Shown: one piece after another, positions 33,501-45,900 of the stretch
Layout: the number at the start of each line of letters is the position of its first letter
How positions within the stretch are numbered: position 1 is the stretch's first letter
NCBI GenBank assembly: GCA_004431415.1
Contig: QPMI01000035.1
Location: 186,001 to 250,000 of the forward strand
Direction: 5' to 3'
Length of the DNA: 64,000 bases
Origin: Cyanophora paradoxa CCMP329
Lineage: Eukaryota > Plantae > Glaucophyta
Translations under genes and position numbers: made by a program
Notes under the pieces: generated by a model
Database searches by the model: none
Seen by the model: only the letters and a program-made list of their open reading frames with translations
Told to the model about the DNA's origin: nothing

Positions 33501-34346
33501 TCCTCTGTCAGCGGTCTTTTCTGATTTCTCGTCGCAGAGTCGCGAACACCGAGAACCGCTTCCTTAACCAGATGAGCACCACCCTGAAGGCGAAGCTGCA
33601 CATGTTTCCCGCAATGACGCGGGAGGAGAACGGCTATCGTTCAGTGCGCGACAGCGTTGCGGAAATCGCAACTGCGGTGCGCGGGGCGAGAGCCTCGAGC
33701 CCTGCAGTGCGCGCATACGTGGAGGTTCTTGCCCGACTCCCACCCAACGACGGAGACCTGGCGTGCACGGCCCGGCAAGGCCTAGGTGCATGCACCGTCG
33801 CATGCGAAGTCCGACGGCTCGACGACGTGAACGTTACGCCGGAGGCGATCATGCACATCCTGAAGAGCTTCAAGAACCTGGAGTGGGACCACTGGCCGTG
33901 CGTCCTTTCCTTTCTTTTCTTTCATTCTGTCTTTCTTCCCCCTTCTCTTTCTTACTTTCTCTTCCTTTCCTTTCCTTTTTCTATCTGTAACGGTGTCGTT
34001 GCGCAGCGTGCCGATCATGACACTGGTTGCAGGGGTGGTGCATGCGATCGTCGAGCTCTCTGATCCAGCATACCAGATGAACGCGCGCACGACCGCTGGG
34101 TCTACTTTCAAAGCGAAGTGCCGGGTCGACCGCGTCCTGGAGGTCCTGTTTTCCCCGCGCTGGGGCCGGGTGGTGTGCAGTGGCCACCACCTGCGCGATC
34201 CCACAGCATGCGCACCATTTGTGGCCGCCTCCACAGAGTGGTTCCGCGCGCCCCGCGCGGGGCATCCTGACATCTTCGCGAACGAAGAGCAGGCAAAAGG
34301 GCTCCTGCAGCGGTGCAAGGCTTTCGTAGGACTGCAGATTGCCTGA
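30590..34346 (+). CDS. Large multi-exon protein of unknown function with N-terminal Pro-rich repeat; apparent frameshift near 33100
   Basis: A chain of ~12 exons with canonical splice sites and complex, protein-like translations. 78-bp Pro-rich tandem unit at ~30770-31000. No family recognised; the start may lie upstream. Confidence 0.6.
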
Positions 34347-36199
34347 TTCCGCTTGCAGATAGTGTAGGGTTCTACGACAGCGTTGGTTTTGTAAGAGATC
34401 AATTTCAGGAGGGTGATCCCTGTACCCTTCGATCGCAAGTTAGCCACCGGTGGCTAACTTCGGGGGGAATGAAGGGGGGGGAGAAGCGCAGGGGGGACGA
34501 ATAGCAAAAAAACCAACTTCCGCGCGCCCGGCCGGCGCCATGCATGCAGCTGCAGCGCGCGAACGTCAACACCGCCCGATGCGCATGTGCACTGCCGTGC
34601 GCGCGCCGTGCTCAGCCCCGCGGCGCCACGCCCGCCCGGCAGGCGACGTCGCCGCGCCCGCGCACGCGAGGAGTACACATCGCTGGCTTCATCGGCTCAC
34701 CCGCGGCGCCGGCGGCGCGCTAGCTACGCGCTTTCGCTTGTCCGAGGTGCACATCATCGAATTCTGCAGCCTTCGCCCCATCCTCGGCCGCTGTAAGGCG
34801 GCGCGCAGGGATTCGAGCTCTCAACCGGGTCTCATGGCGTCGGCCGGCGGGCCCAGCGCAAGCAGCTCTGAGTCAGTAGGTACGTGCCGGAACCGCCCCT
34901 CGGTCCTGCTTGGGCGCGCTTTCTTCCGATCCTTCTAAAAACCGTGATTTCGGGGCGACATTTTGGCACTATGTTCACTATGCCCGCCGGCCATGGGCTC
35001 GGATCGGGCCGGGGCCTTTTTTAAGCGATCGCCGGCGCCGCGTCCGTCGTCCGACGGTTCGCGCTAGCGATTGCCCCGGAGTACTCGGTACCAGGGCCTG
35101 GCGGTCGCCGAAGCGATGAGAAGGCTCTCGGAGCTCGAGCTCGCGAGGAACTCGCAATTGACTGTTCAACTCTTGGTGCAGCTTTTTCTACCTCGACACA
35201 CCTGTACCCAGCCGCGCAGCGCTACGTACCCGAGCTCGCGCTCGCCGACCCAAACCGCCTCCATAACCATCGGTCGCCGTCCTTACTTTCCTCATGCGAT
35301 CATGCATATATATGTGCGCACCGCGGCAAGCCGCTGAACGCAAGCGCTACATGTGAGACTGCCGCGGCGTGCATGTCCCGACCCACTTTTCGGATTGCCA
35401 AGTTGGATTCGCGGCATTCGACAGCCCGCAGCGGGGCGCCCGCAGCGGGGCCGTCGCCGTGTAGGGGGCCGTGCTGCTCCCCTGAGGCCCCGCGACCGCC
35501 CTCGAGCTCGAGCTCCGCTTACGCCCGCGGCCGTACGCGTCGGTATCGATATCGCCTTTTCGCCACTACGTATATACGCCAGCTCATGACCAGATGTCGA
35601 CGCCAGCTACGCTTATGCGGCTTGTGCGGGCTTGTGCGGGCGGGGAGCCTCGAGCTCGGAGCATGCGGCGGATCATTGAGGTGCGCATATATATAAGCCG
35701 TCCCCCGCCCCGGCCCGCGGCCGGCCCACGCCCGCCCGCCTTCGAATTCTGATTATGAGCCGCTCGCCAGCCGCCTGGCCTGCTCCGAGCTCCGCACTGG
35801 CTCGCGATCGCGAACGGCGCGGCCCTGGAAGACAGTTCCGCCGTACGCATGCGGGGCGCGTCTCGGCTAGCGCTGCCGCCGCCGCGGTGCGCCTCGCGGC
35901 GCTTCCCGCGCGTCTCCGAGGTCCAGCACCCCGCTGACCCCTCGCTTTCTCAGACGCGGTTGCCGTTGCAATTGCAATAGTTAGCCCTTTCGGTGCGCGC
36001 GCGTACGCGTGACGCTGCCCGAGAGGCGGCGCAGAGCGTCGACCAGCGGCCGCCCCGTCGGCGCGCCGTCGGCCGGCGGACGACGTCACCCGCGGCCGGC
36101 CGACCCGCGCTCGGTCGCTCTCCTCCGGATCAGACCCGGGGAAGCGCACAAGTGCGCCTCGCACCCGCCCCGCCGCTTCCCCTCCACCCCCGCCGCCGC

Positions 36200-37135
36200 T
36201 CACGCCTCACCGGCCAGCTCTCCCGATGTACCCCTGCACGCCGACGCGGCGGGCGGGCGCGGCTCCCGTATTCGGATTCACCACATCGTTCCGATTCGAA
36301 CGCTGTCCGGAACCCCGCGGGAAGCCGTCGGCTCCCGTACCCCCTCGCCCCCCACCCGCTGACCTTCGCCCCAGGCCTAGGGCCCCGTTGGATTCTCCCC
36401 GGTCCCCGCCGTCCGCCCCTGCTTCCCGGTCCTCGCCTAGGCCTCGGCTGGGACCTCCTCGGGCCTTTTCGCCGCAGGCGTTCGCAGTACCTGTGCGCGG
36501 CTTACATGGGCGAGGAGGCGGCGGCCGCCGCCCCCGCCCCCGCCGCGCCCCGCGGCTGGCGCCTAGGCCTGGAAAGGGCGCCCCTACCCCTACCCCCGAC
36601 CCCGGCGAGGGGCGTGTGGGGGCTACAGCGGCTCCGCCAGGCAGCGCTCGCGCGTGCCTTCACGCAGATCGCAGTTGAGCACTGGCTCCTGCAGGCGCAC
36701 TGTACCCCCCTTTCTCGTCTGTTTCCTCCATTCTTACTTGTTCCCCCAGAACCCGCCGCCGCCGCTATCGCCGCTGCGACGCAGTCCGCCGCGGCCGCTG
36801 CCGCCGCGGCAAAGGCAAGCCTGATCCGACTTCGATCTCCGACGTGCCGGCCTGACATCGACGCCCCCCGCAGGCAGCCGCCGGTGCCGCCACGTCCGCC
36901 GGCGCGCCGGCGCCCCAGCCCGCCGCCCCGGCCGCCCCGTCCTCGCAGAGGTCTACCCGTGCCCTCCTTTCCCCCCTCCCTCCCCACACAGCCCCCTCCC
37001 TCCTCTTTTCACCTCTTTTCTGACCCCGTACCCAGGATTGGAGCCGTACCTGCAGAACATGCCCAAGCTCCGCGACGCTGCGCACGTGCGTACCCCCTCC
37101 CCCGCAACGCCTGAACCCCCGACGAGCTTCCGGTC
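36200..37135 (+). pseudogene. Intron-containing duplicate fragment of SMPD4 (source ~13250-13930)
   Basis: YLCAAYMGEEAAAAAPAPA...RQAALARAFTQIAVEHWLLQ...AAAAAKA...EPYLQ, plus homologous introns. No 5' or 3' exons. Confidence 0.85.
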
Positions 37136-37308
37136 CCCCTCCTCTCTCTTTGTCTTGTCTTGCAACTTTAGGCAGGATCTGCCGGATCTGCAGGTCGTAT
37201 TCGTAGGCTAGGCTTCTAATAAAATTTCCCGAGTGGGTCACTCGGGGGCGAGGAGCCGCGAAGGAGAAGCGCTTAGAGTGCCGCGAGCGAGAGCTCGAGG
37301 GGGCGGGC

Positions 37309-38213
37309 CTAGAGGTGGCCGAGGTGCTCGGCGGGGGCCAGCTCGATCGCGAGGGCCTCGGCGGGGGCCGCCGCGTCGAAGCCGGCCCCGAGCGCGTCGG
37401 CGTCGCCGCCGTCGACGTCGGCGAACGCGCCGGCGGCGTCGGCGTCGGCGTCGGCCTCGAGCTCGCCCGCCGTGTACGGGACGATATCGATGCCGTCGCC
37501 GCCCTCCGCGCCATCGTCCGCCGCCTGCCCGTGCCCGTGCCGCGTCAAGGCCGGGCGCCCTGAGGGGCGCGGGCGCCGTTCGGGGGGGGCACGGCTAGCG
37601 CCCCGGCGCACCTGCACGTCGTCGTCATTCTGAAAACCGCGGAAGCCGCGGCCGTCCGCAGGCGGGCGCAGGGCCGCGATCCCCTGGCAGGGCTGGCGGA
37701 TCCACCCGTTCTTCGCTCGGAAGCTGTTGCCCCCCCTCTCGGCGCACCTGCGTGACATGTACAGCTGCAGTGAGGCGCACTCGCAGACGCGAGCCGCGGC
37801 GCGGCGCGCGGTGGCGGCCGCACGTCGCGGGCGACATGGTGGACTCCACGGCGTCCTCCCCGAGGGCGTTCCAGTGGACGTCCTCCCCGCCGGTCTGATC
37901 GTAGAGGCTGTATGCGATCTTCTGCCCGCGGCAGTTGGGGGCGCGGAAGCCTGCGCGGGGATCATCGGATCATGATCCGATGGTCGGCTCGGAATATTAT
38001 AATTAGGAGATCTCAAGAGTCTGGCCATGGAGCGCAAGAACCGGGCGAGGGCCGCTCACATTCGCCGCGCGCTCCACCCCAGAACTTGATCTTCTCCTGC
38101 ACCTGGTTGTGCGCGGCGTGGCGCCCGAAGAAGCGCGGGCCAGACGAGAAGCCCGCCCCGTAGCCGCGCGGCGACGCCCTCTGCCACGGCAAATCACTCG
38201 GCGGCCGGTCCAT
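37309..38213 (-). CDS. Small multi-exon protein of unknown function with acidic C-terminus
   Basis: Exon-like segments bounded by cag/gt: MDRPPSDLPWQ...KIKFWGGARG, FRAPNCRGQKIAYSLYDQTGGEDVHWNALGED, GNSFRAKNGWIRQPC, and a D/E/A-rich end. Confidence 0.4.
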
Positions 38214-39031
38214 CGATATCGCGCTTGGACGAGGCTGCACTGGAAGCTGCAGCTGCGCAAGATCTAGACGTCGACCGTCGGACTGCTGCTCGCCGCCGAC
38301 TTCGGCGACGCGTATATATATACGTACGAGTCGACGGCAGCTGCAGCTGCACTGCTGCTGCTGCAGGCTTCGGCCGCGAAGTTCGGCGGCAGCTCGAGTT
38401 CATGATCACGTGCACGCCGCGTCGGAACGTCAACGGAAACGGCGCGGACCGGATTTCGCCGAAGTTAACGGCGCGGGCCGCGCGGCCTTTGCCAAAGTTG
38501 AGTAAGCCGCGCCCGCGGCCGGCCCGGCGGCCTCGGAGTCTCGGACTCTCAGGCTCGGAGGCAAGTTGAAGCCGTGGACACCGGCGTCAAACCCGGGACC
38601 GCCTGCGGCCTAGGCCTGCAGGCTGCAGCCTGAGTCCGACGGTCACACAGCCTGGCAGGCTGAGTGGCAGCCACTGGGTGGCACTGGCAGGCAGTGGCAG
38701 CAGCTGCAGGGCCAGTGCAGGCTGCAGCTGCGAAAAAATTCTGGTCAAGTCTGGTCAAGTCTGATCAATCATTGAATTAATATTCTGGACGTCGACCATG
38801 CACTTGAACAAGCCTTGAAGTTGAACTTCAGTCTTGAAGTCAAGAACAGCACTTCTCGTCAAGCTCCGAGGCTCTCGCCTCCGAGGCTCGAGCCTCGGAG
38901 AGTCCGACGGTCGAGCTTTCGATCGCAGACGCCGGCGTCACGCCGCGCGGCCCGGCGGCCGCCGGCCGGCCGCCGGCCCCAGTTAACGTTCGGCCCTAGC
39001 CAGGGCTGAGCCAGGCTACTGCCGTCATGTG

Positions 39032-39307
39032 CCGTGCAATACTTAATTACCGCGCTGACGTCGACATAACCGTTGAACTACGTATATACTGCGCTACCAT
39101 ATTATATTACTGCGCATACACTCAAAATTTTTAGAACGCAGTAATTTGGTAGCGCAGTATTACCCCCTTTGCTAACAAATAATGCGTTTTCGAGGCCGAT
39201 GGAACGCAGTAATTTGGTAGCGCAGTCACCGAGTAAAGCGCCTAGCTACCGGCGCAGAAATTTTAGAACGTAGTAATTTTGTGGCACAGTAAATAAGTAT
39301 TACACGG
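39032..39307. mobile_element. MITE, Tc1/mariner-pogo-like (family 1)
   Basis: Imperfect TIRs CCGTGCAATACTT / AAGTATTACACGG+TA; internal repeats gaacgcagtaatttggtagcgcagt; second copy at 51308. Confidence 0.7.
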
Positions 39308-39809
39308 TAGGCTAGCCTCCGAGTCTGGCTCCGACGCAGGCTCCGAGCCTCCGAGGCTCTATAGCTAGGCGCCCCGGGCTCTAGCCTCTAGCCGGCGCCG
39401 GCGCCCCGGGCCCGGCCATGTACGATATTGTACCGTAGTACTAGTATACGTATATGGTACTAGAATATCCTGCCGCAGTGCGCGCGGGCTCTTTGTCAAA
39501 TTGCTGCCGGCCAGGCGGGGCCCGCGGGCCGCGGGGGAGCTCGAGAATGCCCGCCGGATACCTGCGAGGCTGCGACGGGCCTGCGTACGGTCCCGGGTAC
39601 CGGCCACTACCGGCCCGCACGCGTACGTATATATATATACGCCGTGACGCAGCGCGCGAGGGCGGCGTCGAGTATTTAATTTGCAGCGCGCCTTTAATTT
39701 AAATTTGCAGCGGCTGCTACGATACGGCCGCGCGCGGCCGCTGCAGCCGCTGCGAATTTAAAGGCACGCCTCCGAGGCTCGGCTCCGCCTTTGACGACCC
39801 CCCGGGCCC

Positions 39810-40230
39810 GCAGGCAGGCGCAGGCGCCGGTGCCGGCGCCGCGGCCGCGCGCGCGCCACCGGTACCGGTACCCCCGGGCCCGCCCTTAAGCTTGCTGAGG
39901 TCTACCCGCCCCCCTTCCCCTCCCCCCGCCCCCCCCCCCTCCCCCTCCTTTAATTTACACGTCGCCTGTACCCGCCTTCGCTGACCCCCTACCCAGGACC
40001 GGAGCCGTACCTGCTGCCCATGTCCGAGCTCCGCGACGCTGTGCACGTGCGTACCCCCCCCCCCCGCAACGCCTGTACCGCCGACGAGCTTTGCCCCCCC
40101 CCCCCCCCCCCCCCCTCCGCCCTCCGGGATCCCCTCCCTCCCCCCTCCTCGCTCTTTGCAATTGTCTTGTCTTGCAACTATAGGCAGGATCTGCCGGATC
40201 TGCAGGTCACCGGGTCGTAGGCTAGGCTAC
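39810..40230 (+). pseudogene. Second, shorter SMPD4 fragment plus a tail shared with the 36-37 kb copy
   Basis: ctgacccctacccaggaccggagccgtacctgc...gagctccgcgacgctgtgcacgtgcgtacc; the tail ttgtcttgtcttgcaac..aggcaggatctgccggatctgcaggtc also occurs at ~37150-37197. Confidence 0.8.
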
Positions 40231-40972
40231 TAGTACTAGTATGTGAAGGATCGACGTGCCGCAGTGCCTATAGCTAAATGTGTATTTTGGGCTGGTCTGG
40301 CCTATAGCTATATGTCGATCGACGTGCACGGCCGGCTCGCTAGGCGTAGATCTGCAGCTGCAGCTGCTTGGCTGCCCTGATCATGATCAATTAATCGCAA
40401 TGATCGATGTGTATTTCTTCCGAAATGGCATGCGCCTCTCTAGAGGAGGTCGTAAACAAACAAGAATGACTGCCGCATCAAGGGACGGGGACTGCCTAGT
40501 GCGCATGCTCGCGCTCGAGCTGAAAATAATGAAGCCGAAGGTTTACGTAGAAGCTTCATGAAATGCTGTCTACCGTAGAAAGAATCATGATCTGCACACG
40601 ACTTTTACGTTCGCAGATGTGAAATGAAAGATCGTGCATCAGAAATGATTTGCGACTGCAGATCGCGAGCACATAAATAATCACTGCGACGCAGGGCTCG
40701 CTGCCTGCCTATCTGCGTGTCTGCCTACCAGCGCCTGCCTGCCTGCTTGCCTGCCTGCCTGTCTAGGTGAATGCCTAGCATCTTCTCCTGCGGGCCGGGA
40801 TCAATATGGAGGGGGCGACCGCCGGCCCGCCGGCCGGCCGGCCCGCCCGCCGGCCCGCCCGTGAGGCGCCGAGCCGAGGAGGGGTCTCCGCGGCTCGGCC
40901 CGCGTCCAGAGGGGCAGGCCGCGCCCGCGGCGGCCCGCTGTCGGAGGCCAGGGCGCTCGTACCCCTCGGCTT

Positions 40973-42477
40973 TCAAGAGCCCTCGGCCGGCCCGGCGCCC
41001 CGCATCATCTGGATCTCCGGCACTTTCAGCATCTCGTGGATCGTCGCGATGCTGCGAACAAAGCGTGAGAAGACCCCGGGGGGGGGGGGAAGGGGGGAAA
41101 GGGGGGTAGGCTCGCCAGTAGTCGGCGTCGGGGTGCAGCACGGCGGTCCCTGCGTTCGTTCGGACGCGCGCTCAGCGAAGGCCACCCCGAGCAAGCGAGC
41201 AGGCGAGAAAGGCAGGAAGGACGGACCGACGAGGCACGTCCGGAGGCCGAAGCCCTTGGCGCCCGTCACGTTCCTTATGCTGTCGTCGAAGAAGAGGACC
41301 TGCCCGGGGACCTCCTGAGCCGCGAGCCTGCGTGCGGGCGGGCGGTTCGGGCGGGCGGGCGGGCGGGCGGTTCGGAGGGGCGCTGGGAGGGCGCGGCCGG
41401 CCGGCGACCGCACTTGAGAGCGCGCGCGAAGGCGGTGGGGTGCGGCTTGTTGTGGAAGTCGATCGCCCGGACGTCGATGATGCCCTGCGGCGCTGTTCGG
41501 CGGCGGCGAGGCGAGGCGAAACGAGGCGCAGGCGCAAGCAGGGCCGGACGGCGGGCGGGCGGGCGGGCGGGCGGGCGGGCGCGGGCGGGCGGGCGGACCT
41601 GGAAGCAGTGGGCGATGCCGAGGCGGGCCAGGACGCTCCGCGCGTGCTCGTCGTCCGCGTTGGTGAAGATGTACTTCGGCGCGTTGATCGACTCCAGCAG
41701 CTCGCACAGCTGCGGGTCCTCCCGCAGCAACCGCTCGTACGGGATCGACCTGCGGGCGTGAGCCGCGTGAGGCGCGACGCGGCGCGGCCGCCGCGCGCGG
41801 GCGCCGCGCGCGCACTTGTGCACGTAGTCGAAGTAGTCGTCCACGTCGATCTTGTAGTCGGTCTGCAGCCCCTTGAGCGTCGTCCCGTGCTGGATGTAGA
41901 GCGAGACGGCAAGGTCGCCGGCCTGCAGCGCGGCTCGGTCCGCTCAGATCGCCCCGGCCGGCTCCGAGGCTCGCGGCGCGGTTCGCACCTTCTCCTCCGG
42001 GATGCTCAGCCGCGTGGTCATGTACGAGCATATCCTCTTGTACACGTGCTGCGCATGGCAAGGACCGATTCGAACGGTCAACGCACGTGAGGCAGACGAG
42101 AAGGCCCCTGCACCTCGGCAACGCCGCTTGAACGAGGATACAGCTGCGAGCAAGAGTCAGATGCTCGGCCGCGGCTAGCGTAGGGGTTGACAGGAGGCGG
42201 CTCGCGCGCGGGAGAAGTTCCAACTTCCCGCGCGAGGATCCCCGCAGCGCACCGTGTCATCCTGCGCGAGCATCGTAAGATTGCGCAACACACAGCTCGC
42301 GTTGCCAGGCAAAGCCTGCAGGGTCGGCGAATGAAGCGCCCGTGCAGGCGCGGATGCGGGGGCTGAGCGCACGAGGTCAAAGAACAGAGCTGCTGGAGGC
42401 GCCACGCTGGCCTTCGTCGATGCTCCCGCGCGCAGGGCCGGCCCTGCTCGCCTCAGCGCGGATCCCGCCGCGAGCAT
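40973..42477 (-). CDS. HAD-superfamily pyrimidine 5'-nucleotidase (SDT1/Phm8-like), multi-exon, possible transit peptide
   Basis: ALFFDL-DDT (motif I), SLYIQHGTTLKGL, DDYFDYVH, KYIFTNAD (II), KPHPTAF (III), LFFDDSIRNV (IV). Confidence 0.9.
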
Positions 42478-42982
42478 TGAGTTCCAGAGGTATCGCTAGC
42501 TGTGATGCGGCTGCGCTATTTCGAGTGGCTGAAATGGTCCGCTGCAGCTGGCGGGCCAGAAGGCAGCTTCGTGGAGGGGTACAGCTACTGCGTCGATTGC
42601 AGGCCGATTGAAGCTCGCACCACAGCCCAGTCGTAGAGGCGCGATAGACGGACCAGCTGCAGGGCGCCAGCTGCACGCAGCGCCTCTGCCAAGCGAGCGA
42701 CGCGGAAGGGGCGCGCCGCGGCCCAGCGGCAGTTACCTTCTTTGGACGGCGCAGGATCATTCACTGTCTCGAAAGCAGCTTGTAAACGTCGGCTGGTCCT
42801 TTCGCACGCAGAGGCGGCGCGCGCTCGCCGCGCGGCCGGGCTCCGGCGCGCGCGCGCGGCGTCTGCAGCAGGAGGCCCAGGGCGCTGGGATCTATAGCTG
42901 GCTGATCGATAGCTAGAGCGAAAGGAAGTGCAGCGAACGGGCGAGCGCAGCCCGCCGCGCGCGCGCTGCTGCAGCGGGCTCG

Positions 42983-45900
42983 ATGGCAGACGTCGACGCC
43001 GAGGCGGCGAAGATAGTGGGCATCTTCACCGCGTTCACGGCCTACAACGCCGCCCGCAACAGCTATGGCGTCGACGACAACTTCGACGACAGCGCGGGTC
43101 GGGCGGCTCAGGTGCGCCTGCGAATGCCTGCGCATGCCACTGCAATCTAGATCTGCACATGTATAGATCTAGATCCTCGTCTCCTTCGGGGGCTCTAGCC
43201 ATCCGTCTCTAGCCAGTCGCCGTCACTTGAATCCGCTCGGCCTCCCCCCCCTTCTCCCGCCCCCGTCGCCCCCTTCCCCTCCCCCCCCCCCTCCCGGCAC
43301 CCCCCCCTTCCCTCCTTTCCGCCCATCTCCTTGTCCCGCCCCCCCGTCGACGTCACCGTCCCGCCCTGCATCGCCACCTCCCCCATTCCCCCGCCCCCCC
43401 CCCCTCCCCCCTCCCCTCCCCTCCACCCCCAACCCCGCGCCACCCTTCCGCCCCCCCCCCTCCCCCCCTCCCTCTTTCCGCCCGTCTCCTTCCCCCGCCC
43501 TGTCGTCGAGGTTAACTTCCCATCCTGCACCGCCCCCTTCTTCTCCCCCCTCCCCCCTCCACCCCCACCGCCCCCACCCTGAGGGCTCCTCTCCCCTGCT
43601 CCTCTTTCCCCGCCCCGCCCCGTTCCCTTGCCGCCCCACCCCCGCTCCGCCCATGCCCTCCCTCCCTCCCTCTCTTCCCCCCCCCTCCTCCACCCCCCAA
43701 CCCCCTCCTCCCCTACCCCTTAGCCCCGCGCCCCCGCGCCCGGCCCTCTTGCCACGAGCACCCCGCCTCTACCCGCGCGAGCACTACCCCCGTTCTTACC
43801 TACCCCGTTCTGACCTACCCCCGCCAGGATCCGGCGTCGTCCTTCCTGTACCAGCAGGTGCACGAGGGGTGCCAGGCCCGGGAGGAGGCCCTCCGAAAGA
43901 ACCTCAGGGGCGTCGAGAGGCGCTTCAAGGAGGCAAGCTGTATATATATTTGAATTTTATGATACTAGATCTTGAGAAGGGACCCTCGCTCGAGCTCCGT
44001 AATCAATCTGCTCACGCGGTGCGCACAGGCAAGGGAGGCGGAGAGGGCCGCAAACAAGAAGATCCGGGAGGTGCGCGCAGCTCGGATCCGAGGCTCTGTC
44101 TTGCCTTCCAGTGCTGACCCCGCAGGGCCGCAGCTGGAGGCGCAGCTTGCGGACAAGCAGGGCGAGTTGGCGGACTCCCAGGCGCGGGCGAGCCGGCTGC
44201 AGGCGGAGCTCGAGGGCCTGCGGGGCGGACCTGGGAGAGGGACTGCGGAGGACGGGCTCCTAGGCCACGTGCCTAGCGGCGCCGCGGTCCCCCGCAGCGA
44301 TGCCGGCGTCGAAGAGGTGACCGCGTTCTCTTCCTTCGTCCTTTCAAGTTTGCCCCGTGATCGATACCTCGCAGCTGCAGGCGATCGCGGGATCGGGCTC
44401 GAGCTCGGCCTCGGGCTCGGGCTCGGGCCACACGCAGGCCCGCGCGGCCGCGGCCACGATGCTGGACGAGCGGGTCGCGCTCAGGCGTCGCGTCTCCGAG
44501 CTCGAGCTCTCGGTACGATTAATCAAACCCCAGCTCCCGTGCAGAAGATTAACTTATTTTAGTAAAGGATGAAGCCCTATTTTTGGATAAAGATTAAACT
44601 AGATTTCGGCGCTTTGACTCAGTGAGAAAGCTTTCGTGCTGCTGATTCGAGCCGCACCTGCAGCTGCAGAGGGCGGGCGTGGAGAAGGAGCGCATTCTGC
44701 GAACCGCCTACGACCACGCCTGCCAGCACACCCGCGCGAAGGTCCGCGCCGCGGCGCGACTGCGCGCATGTCAAGCTTCCCTGTCAGACTAAGCTTTAGC
44801 TTAACAACTTCTCTCGCTGCACTATTTTAAGCTCAATTTCTCGAGCGCTCAAGCAAAGCTGACCTCGCGCACATCTATAGCTTCCTCGTCAGACCCCGGC
44901 TCGTTTCCCGACGCTTTATCTAGCTTGACGCCCGAGGCAGTTCGCGGCCGGCCAGGAGGCCGCCCGCAGGCGGCACGCGTCCGAGGTCCAGGACCTCCAG
45001 GCCGCCGTGAGCCCGCTCTACATCTTTCTTTGATTGTAAACTAAGCTTTCCGTTCAATTCTTCTGATTGTAACTAGTAAACTAAGCTTCTTGATCATGAG
45101 CTTTTTACTGTAAGACTAATATATAGTTAGAAGCTTAAACTTCTATGAGGGTTTTAAGCTAAGAGGCCAAGGCCTGGGGCCTCAAGGCCGCCGTGAGCTC
45201 GAGACCGTTCTAGTATGTAATTATAAATCTCGAATAAATCTCGAGATCCACTCGTCGGTTTCAAGCTTCTTCTCTTTAGCTTCTTGAGCCTTTTCACTTC
45301 AGGTTTTTTCCAGCTAGACTGAGCTCGACTTGAGCTTGGCTCTAATCATCCGCGTTAAATATACTCGACGCAAGCGAACTCACGCTCTATCTGGTGTTGC
45401 AGGTGGAAAGGGCTGAAAACGCTTGCTTCCAGGTGCGACGTCTTGCGAATGCGCCTCCGACTGTCCCGCCGGCCTCTTGTCCGGGCGCCGGCGGCCTCTG
45501 ACTCGATCCTTCCGGTCCGACGGTCCTGACCCTGGCCTGGCCGCAGCTGGCCGGCCAAGTTGTGGCCGCCCAGAAACGAACCGAGCAGCTTGAAGTCGCC
45601 ATAGATGAGCTCGAAATGGAGAAGAGCGAGCTCAGGTCGCAGAAGATCTTGGCGGAACGCCAGGTGAGTCCGGACTCCGGATCCGCATGCCCGGCGCGCT
45701 CGCCTTTAAGCCTTTAAGCCTTTAAGCCTTTCATTTATAATTTCTAGCTGAAGCCCTTAAGCCTGATCATGACATGCACGCGCGCAGGAGGCCTCCATCA
45801 GAGCCCTGCTCAAACAGGTGCGCAATCGCAAGGGCGCAGTCAAGTGGCGAACTTGAGCTTTTGATTTCGTAGCTCGATTCATGTGGCGAAAATCTCGGGT

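Noticed and set aside
30590-34346. Transposase responsible for the excision scars
   Set aside because: No CACTA/Transposase_21, hAT, KDZ or other DDE motifs recognised, and no convincing CACTA termini found in the window.
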